Source: Promethearchaeota archaeon
Lineage (GTDB): Archaea > Asgardarchaeota > Thorarchaeia > Thorarchaeales > Thorarchaeaceae
Reading direction: 5' to 3'
Length of the DNA stretch: 34,517 bases
NCBI GenBank assembly: GCA_014728035.1
Contig: WJMJ01000032.1
Location: 1-34,517, forward strand
The notes beneath the pieces are model-generated. The model saw only the letters and a program-made list of their open reading frames with translations, was not told where the DNA came from and did not search any database. The stretch's first letter is position 1, and each line of letters begins with the position of its first letter. The position numbers and the translations under genes are program-made. Shown here piece by piece: positions 25,657 to 34,517 of the stretch.

Positions 25657-25995
25657 ACATATTTAAGTCTATTGTATGTTTCGTGTTGTAACCTAAAGCT
25701 GGTCAAATGATTTGTTATACAATCCAATCTTGGTCACATTTAACAGTTGCCCTATTTGGAGAAGAGGTTCTAATAAATGCTTACAATAAAAGGAATTCAT
25801 GAGATAATATCATTACTACAAAAATAGAAATAATGAGATGTATTCTGGAGATATTAATTTCAATATTCTACTAAATGAAAAGAACTAACCAAAAAGTACG
25901 AGTTGTAGTTATTACAAGACATATTGGTGCAAAGCAGACATGAACTTCTGAATTTATCTAAGTAAATGGCTAAATAGAACTAAATGAATTAGGTA

Positions 25996-26403
25996 TTGGT
26001 GAAATTTTATTTGGAATCTGAATTTGATGAGGTTGATCCTAATACATTAAACGTTTTATGGAAGAAAACACTTCCATCAGAAATTACCAGATGGGCCATT
26101 TTCAAATATGGCACGATAGTTCTTTGTAGAGATTCAGAACGCGATGTCGAGGAGTATGCTCTGGAAATCATCGAGAAATGGGCACCCATGGCTCCAGGAA
26201 CTCCTTTAGGTGACTTCAGTGTAGGTTCTGCAAATAATATACCCGGATGGATTGTATCTTATTATCATGAGGATATAGGTAACTACATTGCTCCTGAGGA
26301 AATCGATGAAGAAGAGCCATCTATCTTAACTATCGGATTGTTGGGAAGAGCTAAACGTGTGGCAGACTACGACGCGTGTGAAATTGTACATATAGAGAAA
26401 TAA
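25996..26403 (+). CDS. Conserved hypothetical protein (135 aa)
   Basis: Acidic globular composition. The motifs WAIFKYGT, PGTPLGDF and PGWIV resemble a bacterial uncharacterised family (from memory). Start uncertain (TTG/GTG). Confidence 0.75.
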   Translation: MVKFYLESEFDEVDPNTLNVLWKKTLPSEITRWAIFKYGTIVLCRDSERDVEEYALEIIEKWAPMAPGTPLGDFSVGSANNIPGWIVSYYHEDIGNYIAPEEIDEEEPSILTIGLLGRAKRVADYDACEIVHIEK

Positions 26404-26528
26404 GAAAAAAGCGGTACTAGTTTCAGATATTGGAGTATTTTTCTTCAGTTATGCAAAATTATGCCTGTCCAAAAAAACCTTACACATTGAAAACTAGTTG
26501 AATTGCCATAAATAAAATCATCAAGATT

Positions 26529-27539
26529 CTAATCAAGATGTATCAATCCACGCCCTTCAGGATGGTCTCTTTGTATTTCTGTTTCTTGTTCATTTCCAAG
26601 GAATTGATTTATCATGAGGGCTGCGTAATTACCTGTTCCAGTTGCCATAGCAATTTGTTGAGTTATTGGTCGACAGTCTCCAGCTGCCCATATTCCTTCA
26701 ATATTGGTTTTTCCTCTGTGGTCGGTCTTGATATTACCTCGATTATCAGTTTCGACTCCAACTTGACGTGCAATCTCAGACCTAGCCATAGCTACAAAGG
26801 CAACAAAAAAAACATTGCATCTAATTCTACTTCCATTTTCGAGAGTTACACTTTGAACTAACCCTGGACGAGGGAAATCAACTTCTTTGATGGTACCTCT
26901 ATACCATTCGAATGGAGAATTTTCAAGTTTGGTAAAATCCTGCTCATTAATTGGCATGTACGCATCTTCGGTCATAAGAATTCTAATTTTCTTTGCCCAT
27001 CTAGTTAGCGAGTTAGCAGCATGAAGTGCACTACCTACCGTTCCTGCATTAACAACAAGAACGTCTTTGTCTTTACATAGTGGAGCTTCGCAATCTGGGC
27101 AATAGAATGCTCCGTTGCCGACATTTGCAACAGGAAGCCATTTTCTCCACATACCATCTACTTTAGGATGTTTGCGAGATGTTCCAGTCGCAAAAACGAG
27201 AGTTTTAGCTTTGTACTCTGACTGGTCATCTGTTCGATAGCTTTTGTCAGTTCTCACTATGAATTCAGGATAAGTTCCTTTTACTTCGACAACATCAGCC
27301 GCTATATAGCTTGACCCACCTGCTTGTGCTTGTATTTGCAATTGTCTGAGTAAAGATCGCCCCTCTTGATAGCATGGACCTGCTGCGAAATTCATTATTG
27401 TATTCGTATGAAAATGCATTGGAGAAGTTCCACGGTCTAAGACCAATACCTTTCGTTTATGATATGCTAGATGAAGTGCTGCAGATGTTCCCGCAGGCCC
27501 TCCACCAATTATTATTGTATCATACAAATTATTCGTCAT
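26529..27539 (-). CDS. Thioredoxin-reductase-like FAD-dependent disulfide oxidoreductase
   Basis: IIGGGPAG FAD motif, FATG, redox-active YCPDC, TNIEGIWAAGD and QIAMA.G.G..AA. Confidence 0.9.
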   Translation of the reverse strand: MTNNLYDTIIIGGGPAGTSAALHLAYHKRKVLVLDRGTSPMHFHTNTIMNFAAGPCYQEGRSLLRQLQIQAQAGGSSYIAADVVEVKGTYPEFIVRTDKSYRTDDQSEYKAKTLVFATGTSRKHPKVDGMWRKWLPVANVGNGAFYCPDCEAPLCKDKDVLVVNAGTVGSALHAANSLTRWAKKIRILMTEDAYMPINEQDFTKLENSPFEWYRGTIKEVDFPRPGLVQSVTLENGSRIRCNVFFVAFVAMARSEIARQVGVETDNRGNIKTDHRGKTNIEGIWAAGDCRPITQQIAMATGTGNYAALMINQFLGNEQETEIQRDHPEGRGLIHLD

Positions 27540-27740
27540 GAATTCACATCCAGTTTATCTCATAATAAATTCCGCATTATTTGAATGAATCTATGTAAAG
27601 AAAAAGATGATATGAACAAGGGTATTTTCCAATTTCTCTTTTTATAGCAAATCGTAACTCTGAAACATAATAACGCTCATTTTTTCCTTATTAATCAAAA
27701 ATATTAATCTGATTCATTTAGACCCGATTGTGATATCTAT

Positions 27741-28463
27741 ATGAAGTTGCCAATTTATCCTTCAGCAGTTTATAGTTTCCTTGAATTCATTAAAAGATAC
27801 GAAAAAGTTAGTGATGAAGAATTAGGAAGGAAAATACTTGATTGTGGAGCAGGTGGAAAAAATCCTCCATTAGGTCTATTCAATGATTATGGATTTGAAA
27901 CCTATGGTATTGATATTTCACAGAAACAAATTGATGCTGCCTTGCAATTTGCAGAAGAAAATGACATGGAATTAAAAATAACCCTAGGAGATATGAGAGA
28001 ACTACCTTTCGAAGACGAGTTGTTTGATTTTGTCTACGAGTACTATTCCATGGTACATCTATCCAAGAGCGATACAAAAGTAGCAATTTCTGAGATGAGT
28101 CGAGTTTTGAGGTCTGGTGGTTTCTTGTTTTTAGGATTCATGTCTTTTGAAACCTGGCCTATTCATGGTGAAGAAAAACAATCGGGCGAATTTTGGATGG
28201 AAGAAGATGGAGAATCAATAGTGCATAGCTTCTTTAAAGATGACGAAATTTTATCTTTTCTAGATGATTTCACGCTTTATCAAATGGAGAAGCGTACTCA
28301 ACGCTATCCATGGAGATTCCGTGAACTTCCCAAAGAGTATTGGTTATCTATGTTTGATGATTCTTGGACTAGCTATTCAAGTGCAGAATGGGAAGAAATG
28401 TACGACCAAATCGAAGAGAAGCAAAAGTATACACATTCTTTCTTTATCTTACGAAAAAAGTAA
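27741..28463 (+). CDS. Class I SAM-dependent methyltransferase
   Basis: ILDCGAGG, YGIDIS, GDMRELPFEDELFDFV and EMSRVLRSGG. Confidence 0.92.
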   Translation: MKLPIYPSAVYSFLEFIKRYEKVSDEELGRKILDCGAGGKNPPLGLFNDYGFETYGIDISQKQIDAALQFAEENDMELKITLGDMRELPFEDELFDFVYEYYSMVHLSKSDTKVAISEMSRVLRSGGFLFLGFMSFETWPIHGEEKQSGEFWMEEDGESIVHSFFKDDEILSFLDDFTLYQMEKRTQRYPWRFRELPKEYWLSMFDDSWTSYSSAEWEEMYDQIEEKQKYTHSFFILRKK

Positions 28464-28472
28464 GATTGATGC

Positions 28473-28507
28473 AAAAAAGAGGAAAAAGGAAGGAGCTTTT
28501 CCTTCCT
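28473..28507 (-). terminator. Hairpin plus T-tract terminator of the giant beta-helix gene (between convergent genes)
   Basis: AGGAAGGA / TCCTTCCT stem (28487-28507), followed on the - strand by TTTTCCTCTTTTTT. Confidence 0.65.
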
Positions 28508-28517
28508 AATTTATTCT

Positions 28518-31500
28518 TCAGGTTGCTGCTCGTTTTCTAAGAACGAAAATAACAACTATTACAATTATTGCTCCTCCAAGACCTCCGACTACCAATAATA
28601 CAATCATTGGATCTAATTCTGTTGGAGGGGGTGAGCTAGTTGTTGTAGTGGTAGTAGTAGTTGTGGTAGTACTGCTAGTTGGGGGAGTGATTGGTCCAAT
28701 TACAGTAATTGTTACAGAAACCATACTATCATGGCCAACACGGTCTTGGAATATTACTTCCAATTCATGTTCTCCAACTGACAACCCATCAACATCAATG
28801 ACTACATCAGTTCCATCCCACTCAACTGTGTCAATCAAGAACCCATCCAAACTGACATTATACTGGAACGGTGTTAGATCATTAGCCTCGATTGTTACTA
28901 TATTGCCCGTAGTTCCATCTTGATAACTCACATCAGCTGGGTCCACAACCACTGGATCTGCTGTGTCTCTATACATAGTTATTGTTAGATTAGCAACATT
29001 GCCAACCTCGTCTGCAACGAGATAGCTAACTATGTATAATCCATCGGAGCTAAATGTGATGTCAAAAGTCCATGCAACTGAACTCGTGCTTAATGTGTCG
29101 TTGTTCTGGATTGAACCATTTACAACTACAACTGCCCAAGCTAGTGAGTTGTTATCAGTCAAGGTACTTCCAATTTGAGGATTTGATAATGTTGTAGCAT
29201 ATCCGTCCTCGATATCCAAATCGATTACTGGATTAGTCAAATCAGAAGTCAAAGTAATCATTGTGTAAAACTCGGAACTTGCATCGACAGTAGAATTGAC
29301 AAATATATGGTTCTCTCCTTCAGAGAGTGTAACCTCAACTTCAATGACTCCAATGGATCCACCTGCATGGACGGTTGTATCAGTCTGAACAGTAGTGACA
29401 GTTGAACCTGCTCCACCATAGTATATTCCAGGAATCAGTGTTACATTTGCTCGAATCAGTGCTGTATCGGTTACAACACTCTCATCAGCTGGACTAAGAA
29501 TTTCAATCCTTACCAAGACTGATCTCGGAGCAACAACTAGCGGATGGTAGTCGTTCATTGTGTTGGTTACATGTGGTGTGTCACCAATACCGTCGTAATT
29601 TGCATCTTCACCACTATAGTCATGCCAGTAATTACCCAAGTGGTCTGATCCGTTCAAGTTGTATCCAGTCTGACTGAATGTGTAAAGGTTAAGGAATGCG
29701 TTCCGTGTGAAAGTCACATTGGTTGCGAAGTTGTACTTAGCAATGGTTGTTCCAAAAATTGGAAACTCGTTACCGATGAACAAGATATCTTCCACACTGT
29801 TGAGTTGGATAGCTCTCCCTAATGAGGAATTAACAAGATTACATCCTGTACAGAATCCAAGATACAGACCGTCAGTATCAACGGTTGAATTGACAATCAC
29901 GACATCATCACAGTAGAACATCGTAAGATGACTTGTGTTGAGGTAGCTGTGTTGGAGACCAGTCTCATTAAAGAAGTAGTAGATAGGTTTGCCTTCGTAG
30001 AGGTTGGTTGTATCGATGTTGTGGTTAGCTTCTGCCTCAGAAGTGACAGAATAACTGATGGCATACATGCAACCGCCTATTGAGCAATATGTCATGTTGA
30101 CTCCTTCAGTGCTTGCAATATAGACTCCAGATAAGTTCATGACCTCAATCTCTATGCCATAGAGTGTGATATTTGTACAACTGGTCAAGTCTACCGCATA
30201 GTCTGCATAGCTAATGCTACAGTTGCTGATGATGAAGTCATCAACAAATTGTATCTGTATTGCTGTCACGGCGTCATTTATTGTTTCAAAAGAGATGCTT
30301 CCTCCTGTTCCACCACTATTCATGACTATCGGACTCTCAACCGAGTGATAGACATTATGATGAATCAGATAATCGATTCCTGCCGTAGCGAATATACCAT
30401 AGTCCTGATACCAGACCTCGTTATAGGCGAATTCAAAGTAGTCAGTTTCAACTTGATATACTGCTCTGCTTCCGTACCAGAATTGGTTGTTTGTGACATT
30501 GAGCTTGTTATTACTGAAATCTATCGGGTAAACTCCACGATTGCAACTCTGAAACTCACTGTTCTCTATAGTGATATTGAATCCAGTTGAAGAGTATTCA
30601 GTGTAGATTCCGTTGGTGACGTTCCAGAACTCGCAACCTGTGATGAGTGCACTAAGTTGACGAAGATACAATCCCTCAGATGAATGAGATATCGTAGTAT
30701 TTTCCACTTCAGCCCAGCTAATGAAGCTCAGATATACACCACTACCACTATCGCTCATGATAGCATTGCACTCTGTCATAGTACAGAGCCCTACTCTCTG
30801 GATGAAGAACGAATACATGGAAGCTCCAGTCACGTTCACACTGGTTAGTGACACAGAATTACCATAATATCCAGACATGAACATGTAAAATCCGTAGCTA
30901 CCTGATGTTACAATATCCACATTGTTGATTGTCATTGTTCCATAGAATGGATTCTGAATGTGGATTCCAGTAGTAGAAGCGTGAATCACACCATTTGATA
31001 CGGAAAGGTCTGTGGTTTCACGTACATATAATCCATAGCCGCAATCTGTGCTCTCGAAGGTACTGATTGTTGCATCTGTAACAAACTCTGTTCGAATACC
31101 CTGTTCCATATCTTCCACTGTAACACTGAAGAGATTAACAGTATCCGTGTATAGAGCATAGATTCCATATGATGCTGATCTGTTAACCACGATATCTGAG
31201 AGGGTGATTGAATTCAGATGAGCTGATGAAGTACCGTATATGTGGATACCCTGATCTGTGTCTTCCAATAGAATTGTCTGAACATTGGTGCTATTAGTTC
31301 TGATTCTGAAGACATACGTTCCTGAAAGGTACAGATTCCTGATGTATAGCGAACCCACATCGTATGCATTGAAGACGAACATGTAGTTCAGATTTGTAGC
31401 ACATAAGGCATTATCATGCATCTCAAGGTAGCCATAGACCCCTAGCTCGAATTCTGCTTGAACCGTACAATCAAACCAGATTGTACCTCCATATATGATT

Positions 31501-34500
31501 AGATTTTGTCCTTCGTTGACTATCAGGTTTCCACTAAGGGTGTAGTTCGTGTGAAGAACAACCGTTTCCTCAGTGATGGTCCAACCAGAAGCTGTTGGGT
31601 ATGAACCGAAGATCACGAGTGGCATTGTATCTTCTATATCAGATTTTGATGGAGTGTTGTATGGTGTATCACCAACGAGGTCCCCATCATTATCTTCACC
31701 AGTATAGTCTTCGTACCAGTTACCGTATGTTCCGTTGTTGTATGATGTACCTGAACCAGCGTCTTCAATGTAAAAGTCCACACCATTTGTGAACATATTC
31801 ATGTAGACAGTACTAGATGTGACTCCGGGAGCAACATATATTCCAAGGTGCGAGTTCCAGAACTTGCAATAACGAATGATGTTGTTATCTCCTGTTAGGT
31901 TGATACAACTTCCAAAGTAGTTGAATTCGATGTATTCAATGATATTGTTGTTACTGGTCGCTGAAATCAGAATGCCTGTTGCAGTGTCAGTCCATGTGAG
32001 TTGTCCGTGACTGATGGTGATATCATCTGAGTTGAGAATCTCAATGCCTACGTTACAGGAATATATTGAGATGTTCTCTATGGTAATACCGTTCACTCCA
32101 TCAAGAATCAATCCTGATTCACTATGACTGATTACTAGATTTAGCAGTGTGACTGTTGAGACGTTGATATAGAGCCCGTCATGGGTACCTCCGTATCCGA
32201 TATACTCCATGGTTGCATTGTTAACATAGAATGTTGAGCCAGACTGAAGTTCGAGCTCGTATGTGTTCATATCGTTTGTTGTGAATAGGGTTCCACCGAA
32301 AAGTATCAATGTTCCACCTGTTTCAACTTGGATCTTCTGAGCATATGGTGTGCTGGTGTCAAAGTCTACCTGTGTTCCAATCAGCGCAAGAGAAAATCCA
32401 TCGAGCACACGAATACCATCTTCTAGGGTGATACTCTCTCCCAGTACGATTAGTTCCTCTGCTACATACAATGGAACTCCAGACACTGTTGTTGGATATG
32501 TTAAGTAGTTTCTATTGTTAATCAGAAGTGGGTAGTTATCCTGTGCTTTCAGTGTAGTTGACAAGTAGACATCATAAGTTCCACCACCAATCCAATCTGT
32601 AGCTGAATCTGGACCTGAATAGTAATCATATCCGTTAGGACTTGGGCCCCAGAAGTTACCATGAGTGCCATTATCCAGATTAGTAACACTACCAAAGCTT
32701 TCTATGAAGATGTTACCATCATCATTATCCCAGAATGAGTTGAACCATACGGTGTCTAAGTTTCCTTCGACATAAAGTCCCCAACCATCATTGTGCATAA
32801 TATAGTTATCATAGATATCTGATCCACTTGAGCTACCTGGCACGATAATCGCATATTGCGTAGTTTCTGTTATCGTATTATTTTGAATCAATCCATTATT
32901 GAAATCATTCAAGTATAATCCGAAGTTACTGGCACCTGTGATTATATTATTCGCAATAGATGCTCCAGATAGATATTGGGCCCAAATAATATAGGTTCCA
33001 CTACACTCAACTACGTTATTCTCAATGGTTGCGGTTCCTCCGTTTCCATCAACATCGATTCCGATACTATTACAGTTGGTGATTTCATTCCAAGTGACAA
33101 TTGCTGAATTACCCTCAGCTTGAATCGCAGTTGTACACCCGTCAAATGTATTATGAGTTACATTGTAATAATTGCCAATTCCAGCCATAAGGAAATCAAT
33201 TGCTACGCCGGAAATCATATTGAATTCATTATACGAGATTTCCCCGTATTCATTGGTGCTTTCGAAATCTAATCCCCTGGTTGTGTTTTCAATCGTATTG
33301 TAGATGAAGTTGAACCAATCAGAAGAATATACATTCAACATATCTGGATGGCCTGTTATTTCTCTATATCCCGAGAAATCACAATCGTTGAAAGTAACGT
33401 AATCAGTCCGGTCGATTTCAATATATCCTACTCCAAAAGAACATTGATAAAAAGTGTAGTAATCACTAAGACCCACAATTAGATAGTCATCAAAAATACA
33501 AGATTCGAAGGTGAAATAATTAGTTCCTACTGAATTTGTGAATTGTGAGAAATTGCAATGATCAAAAGTTCCTTGACTACTGCCTGATTCTATACTGACT
33601 TGAGCCTCAAATACTGAATTCTCAACTCTGAAATCTACACACCCTTCGAAGTACGTCCAACCTCCCCCTGTAACATTCGAATTAATGAATTCTGTTGTTC
33701 CACCATTCATATCGATTCGTAATGAACTTCCTGAGAAAGCAGAGTTATGGATATTAAATTCGCCAAAGGAATCAATTCTAAACATACCAGATAGTGTCAT
33801 AGCTACTCCACCAAAGTATACTCCTGAGTATGCAGGGAGATTTAGGTAAGTTGTAGAACCTTGAGTCATACTCACATTCAAGTCCAAGACTATGAGAGCA
33901 GAGGCGATTCCATCAAGGGTGATATCTCCTGGAATTGTGATATCGTAAGCCCAGAATCCTGTTGGTTTTGAAATAGTCCAGTCTCCAGAACCAGGTGGAA
34001 GGTCTCCAATTCTAAAAGCTGGACAGTTATCTGTGATGTTAGTATCTAGAATGAATGCAGTTTGTCCTATCCAGTCACTATCAGTGTCACTACCAGTATA
34101 CCTAGCGTACCATACATTTCCCCAGGTAGAGTTGTCCCAAACGTTGTTATCATTGCCTTGATCTGTGGCTGCTTCGTTGTTCATGAGGAACATATTCTCG
34201 TAAGTGGTAGTGTTTGCTCCAAGGTATAGAATTTCGACACCTATATCATTTCCAACAAATAGGTTGCCATGGATAGTATTATTGACAGCAATATCACCGT
34301 CTGCGGAGAGTCTTATTGCTGCTTCACCGCAGCTTGCAATTGCATTTTCAGAAATTGTGTTGAACGAAGATTCTCGAACCCAAATACCTGGGCCAGTTGT
34401 ATCTTCAATGAAGTTGTTTTGAATTATGTTGTAGGCTACTGAGCCATAAAGAAAAATCGCTCCAGATGGATAGGATTCTAAATTATAGATTGGACAGCTA

Positions 34501-34517
34501 GCTGTCATATTTGTGAA
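28518..34517 (-). CDS. Giant cell-surface right-handed beta-helix (NosD/CASH/PbH1) glycoprotein with Ig-like domains, Thr-rich linker and C-terminal TM anchor (5' truncated by window)
   Basis: The frame is open to the window edge. It has many N-x-I/F-x-N-N..G-I-x-L beta-helix turns and four GNxW..YxGxD...D..G...D..P caps. These are followed by Ig-like domains (D.T.PVI, DEVGN, DRVGH), a poly-T/P linker, a TM helix and RKR. Confidence 0.93.
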   Translation of the reverse strand, partial: FTNMTASCPIYNLESYPSGAIFLYGSVAYNIIQNNFIEDTTGPGIWVRESSFNTISENAIASCGEAAIRLSADGDIAVNNTIHGNLFVGNDIGVEILYLGANTTTYENMFLMNNEAATDQGNDNNVWDNSTWGNVWYARYTGSDTDSDWIGQTAFILDTNITDNCPAFRIGDLPPGSGDWTISKPTGFWAYDITIPGDITLDGIASALIVLDLNVSMTQGSTTYLNLPAYSGVYFGGVAMTLSGMFRIDSFGEFNIHNSAFSGSSLRIDMNGGTTEFINSNVTGGGWTYFEGCVDFRVENSVFEAQVSIESGSSQGTFDHCNFSQFTNSVGTNYFTFESCIFDDYLIVGLSDYYTFYQCSFGVGYIEIDRTDYVTFNDCDFSGYREITGHPDMLNVYSSDWFNFIYNTIENTTRGLDFESTNEYGEISYNEFNMISGVAIDFLMAGIGNYYNVTHNTFDGCTTAIQAEGNSAIVTWNEITNCNSIGIDVDGNGGTATIENNVVECSGTYIIWAQYLSGASIANNIITGASNFGLYLNDFNNGLIQNNTITETTQYAIIVPGSSSGSDIYDNYIMHNDGWGLYVEGNLDTVWFNSFWDNDDGNIFIESFGSVTNLDNGTHGNFWGPSPNGYDYYSGPDSATDWIGGGTYDVYLSTTLKAQDNYPLLINNRNYLTYPTTVSGVPLYVAEELIVLGESITLEDGIRVLDGFSLALIGTQVDFDTSTPYAQKIQVETGGTLILFGGTLFTTNDMNTYELELQSGSTFYVNNATMEYIGYGGTHDGLYINVSTVTLLNLVISHSESGLILDGVNGITIENISIYSCNVGIEILNSDDITISHGQLTWTDTATGILISATSNNNIIEYIEFNYFGSCINLTGDNNIIRYCKFWNSHLGIYVAPGVTSSTVYMNMFTNGVDFYIEDAGSGTSYNNGTYGNWYEDYTGEDNDGDLVGDTPYNTPSKSDIEDTMPLVIFGSYPTASGWTITEETVVLHTNYTLSGNLIVNEGQNLIIYGGTIWFDCTVQAEFELGVYGYLEMHDNALCATNLNYMFVFNAYDVGSLYIRNLYLSGTYVFRIRTNSTNVQTILLEDTDQGIHIYGTSSAHLNSITLSDIVVNRSASYGIYALYTDTVNLFSVTVEDMEQGIRTEFVTDATISTFESTDCGYGLYVRETTDLSVSNGVIHASTTGIHIQNPFYGTMTINNVDIVTSGSYGFYMFMSGYYGNSVSLTSVNVTGASMYSFFIQRVGLCTMTECNAIMSDSGSGVYLSFISWAEVENTTISHSSEGLYLRQLSALITGCEFWNVTNGIYTEYSSTGFNITIENSEFQSCNRGVYPIDFSNNKLNVTNNQFWYGSRAVYQVETDYFEFAYNEVWYQDYGIFATAGIDYLIHHNVYHSVESPIVMNSGGTGGSISFETINDAVTAIQIQFVDDFIISNCSISYADYAVDLTSCTNITLYGIEIEVMNLSGVYIASTEGVNMTYCSIGGCMYAISYSVTSEAEANHNIDTTNLYEGKPIYYFFNETGLQHSYLNTSHLTMFYCDDVVIVNSTVDTDGLYLGFCTGCNLVNSSLGRAIQLNSVEDILFIGNEFPIFGTTIAKYNFATNVTFTRNAFLNLYTFSQTGYNLNGSDHLGNYWHDYSGEDANYDGIGDTPHVTNTMNDYHPLVVAPRSVLVRIEILSPADESVVTDTALIRANVTLIPGIYYGGAGSTVTTVQTDTTVHAGGSIGVIEVEVTLSEGENHIFVNSTVDASSEFYTMITLTSDLTNPVIDLDIEDGYATTLSNPQIGSTLTDNNSLAWAVVVVNGSIQNNDTLSTSSVAWTFDITFSSDGLYIVSYLVADEVGNVANLTITMYRDTADPVVVDPADVSYQDGTTGNIVTIEANDLTPFQYNVSLDGFLIDTVEWDGTDVVIDVDGLSVGEHELEVIFQDRVGHDSMVSVTITVIGPITPPTSSTTTTTTTTTTTSSPPPTELDPMIVLLVVGGLGGAIIVIVVIFVLRKRAAT
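28621..28690 (-). repeat. Low-complexity ACN codon run encoding the Thr/Ser/Pro linker
   Basis: gttgttgtagtggtagtagtagttgtggtagtactgctagtt on the + strand encodes PPTSSTTTTTTTTTTTSSPPPT. Confidence 0.85.

Noticed and set aside
25604-25995. Long AT-rich spacer with a TGA-interrupted short frame and a Fur-box-like GATAATATCATTAC (25803-16)
   Set aside because: The translation has no protein-like features, and the motif is short, imperfect and expected by chance in such AT-rich DNA.
4667-34422. Numerous antisense or alternate-frame ORFs in the track (e.g. 4667-5188, 12467-12925, 20904-21512, 24576-24932, 30249-30590)
   Set aside because: They are shadow ORFs lying within well-supported genes.
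1-34517. CRISPR arrays, tRNA/rRNA, transposases, integrases, reverse transcriptases or defence genes
   Set aside because: No regularly spaced direct repeats, tRNA cloverleaf with T-loop consensus, or catalytic motifs of these families were found by eye.

Overview
Gene-dense, AT-rich (roughly 35-40% GC by eye) archaeal chromosome segment, most likely from an Asgard archaeon (Thorarchaeia-like). This assignment is inference from GGTGA/GGAGG ribosome-binding sites, a 7-TM/longin fusion, standalone V4R proteins and giant C-terminally anchored glycoproteins. Two very large surface proteins flank the window and both run off its edges: an FG-GAP/Asp-box beta-propeller protein and a NosD-type beta-helix protein. 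Between them lie: an ArsB/NhaD/SLC13 permease; a signalling cluster (7TM-longin protein, two paralogous standalone XylR/DmpR-type V4R sensor domains, a Fur/PerR regulator, a GAF/PAS histidine kinase and an output-less 7-PAS protein); a translationally coupled pair of paralogous Ig-domain membrane proteins, one fused to an ECF S-component-like domain; an FtsX/MacB-type ABC system; an isoaspartyl peptidase; a redox cluster (4Fe-4S protein, HxlR, thioredoxin-like, ferritin-like, TrxR-like); and a methyltransferase. The most unusual unexplained signal is a ~300-nt GC-enriched intergenic segment (17185-17484). It folds by hand into a multi-helix, pseudoknotted RNA on the + strand and matches no family I recognise. 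No rRNA, tRNA, CRISPR array or transposase was seen.
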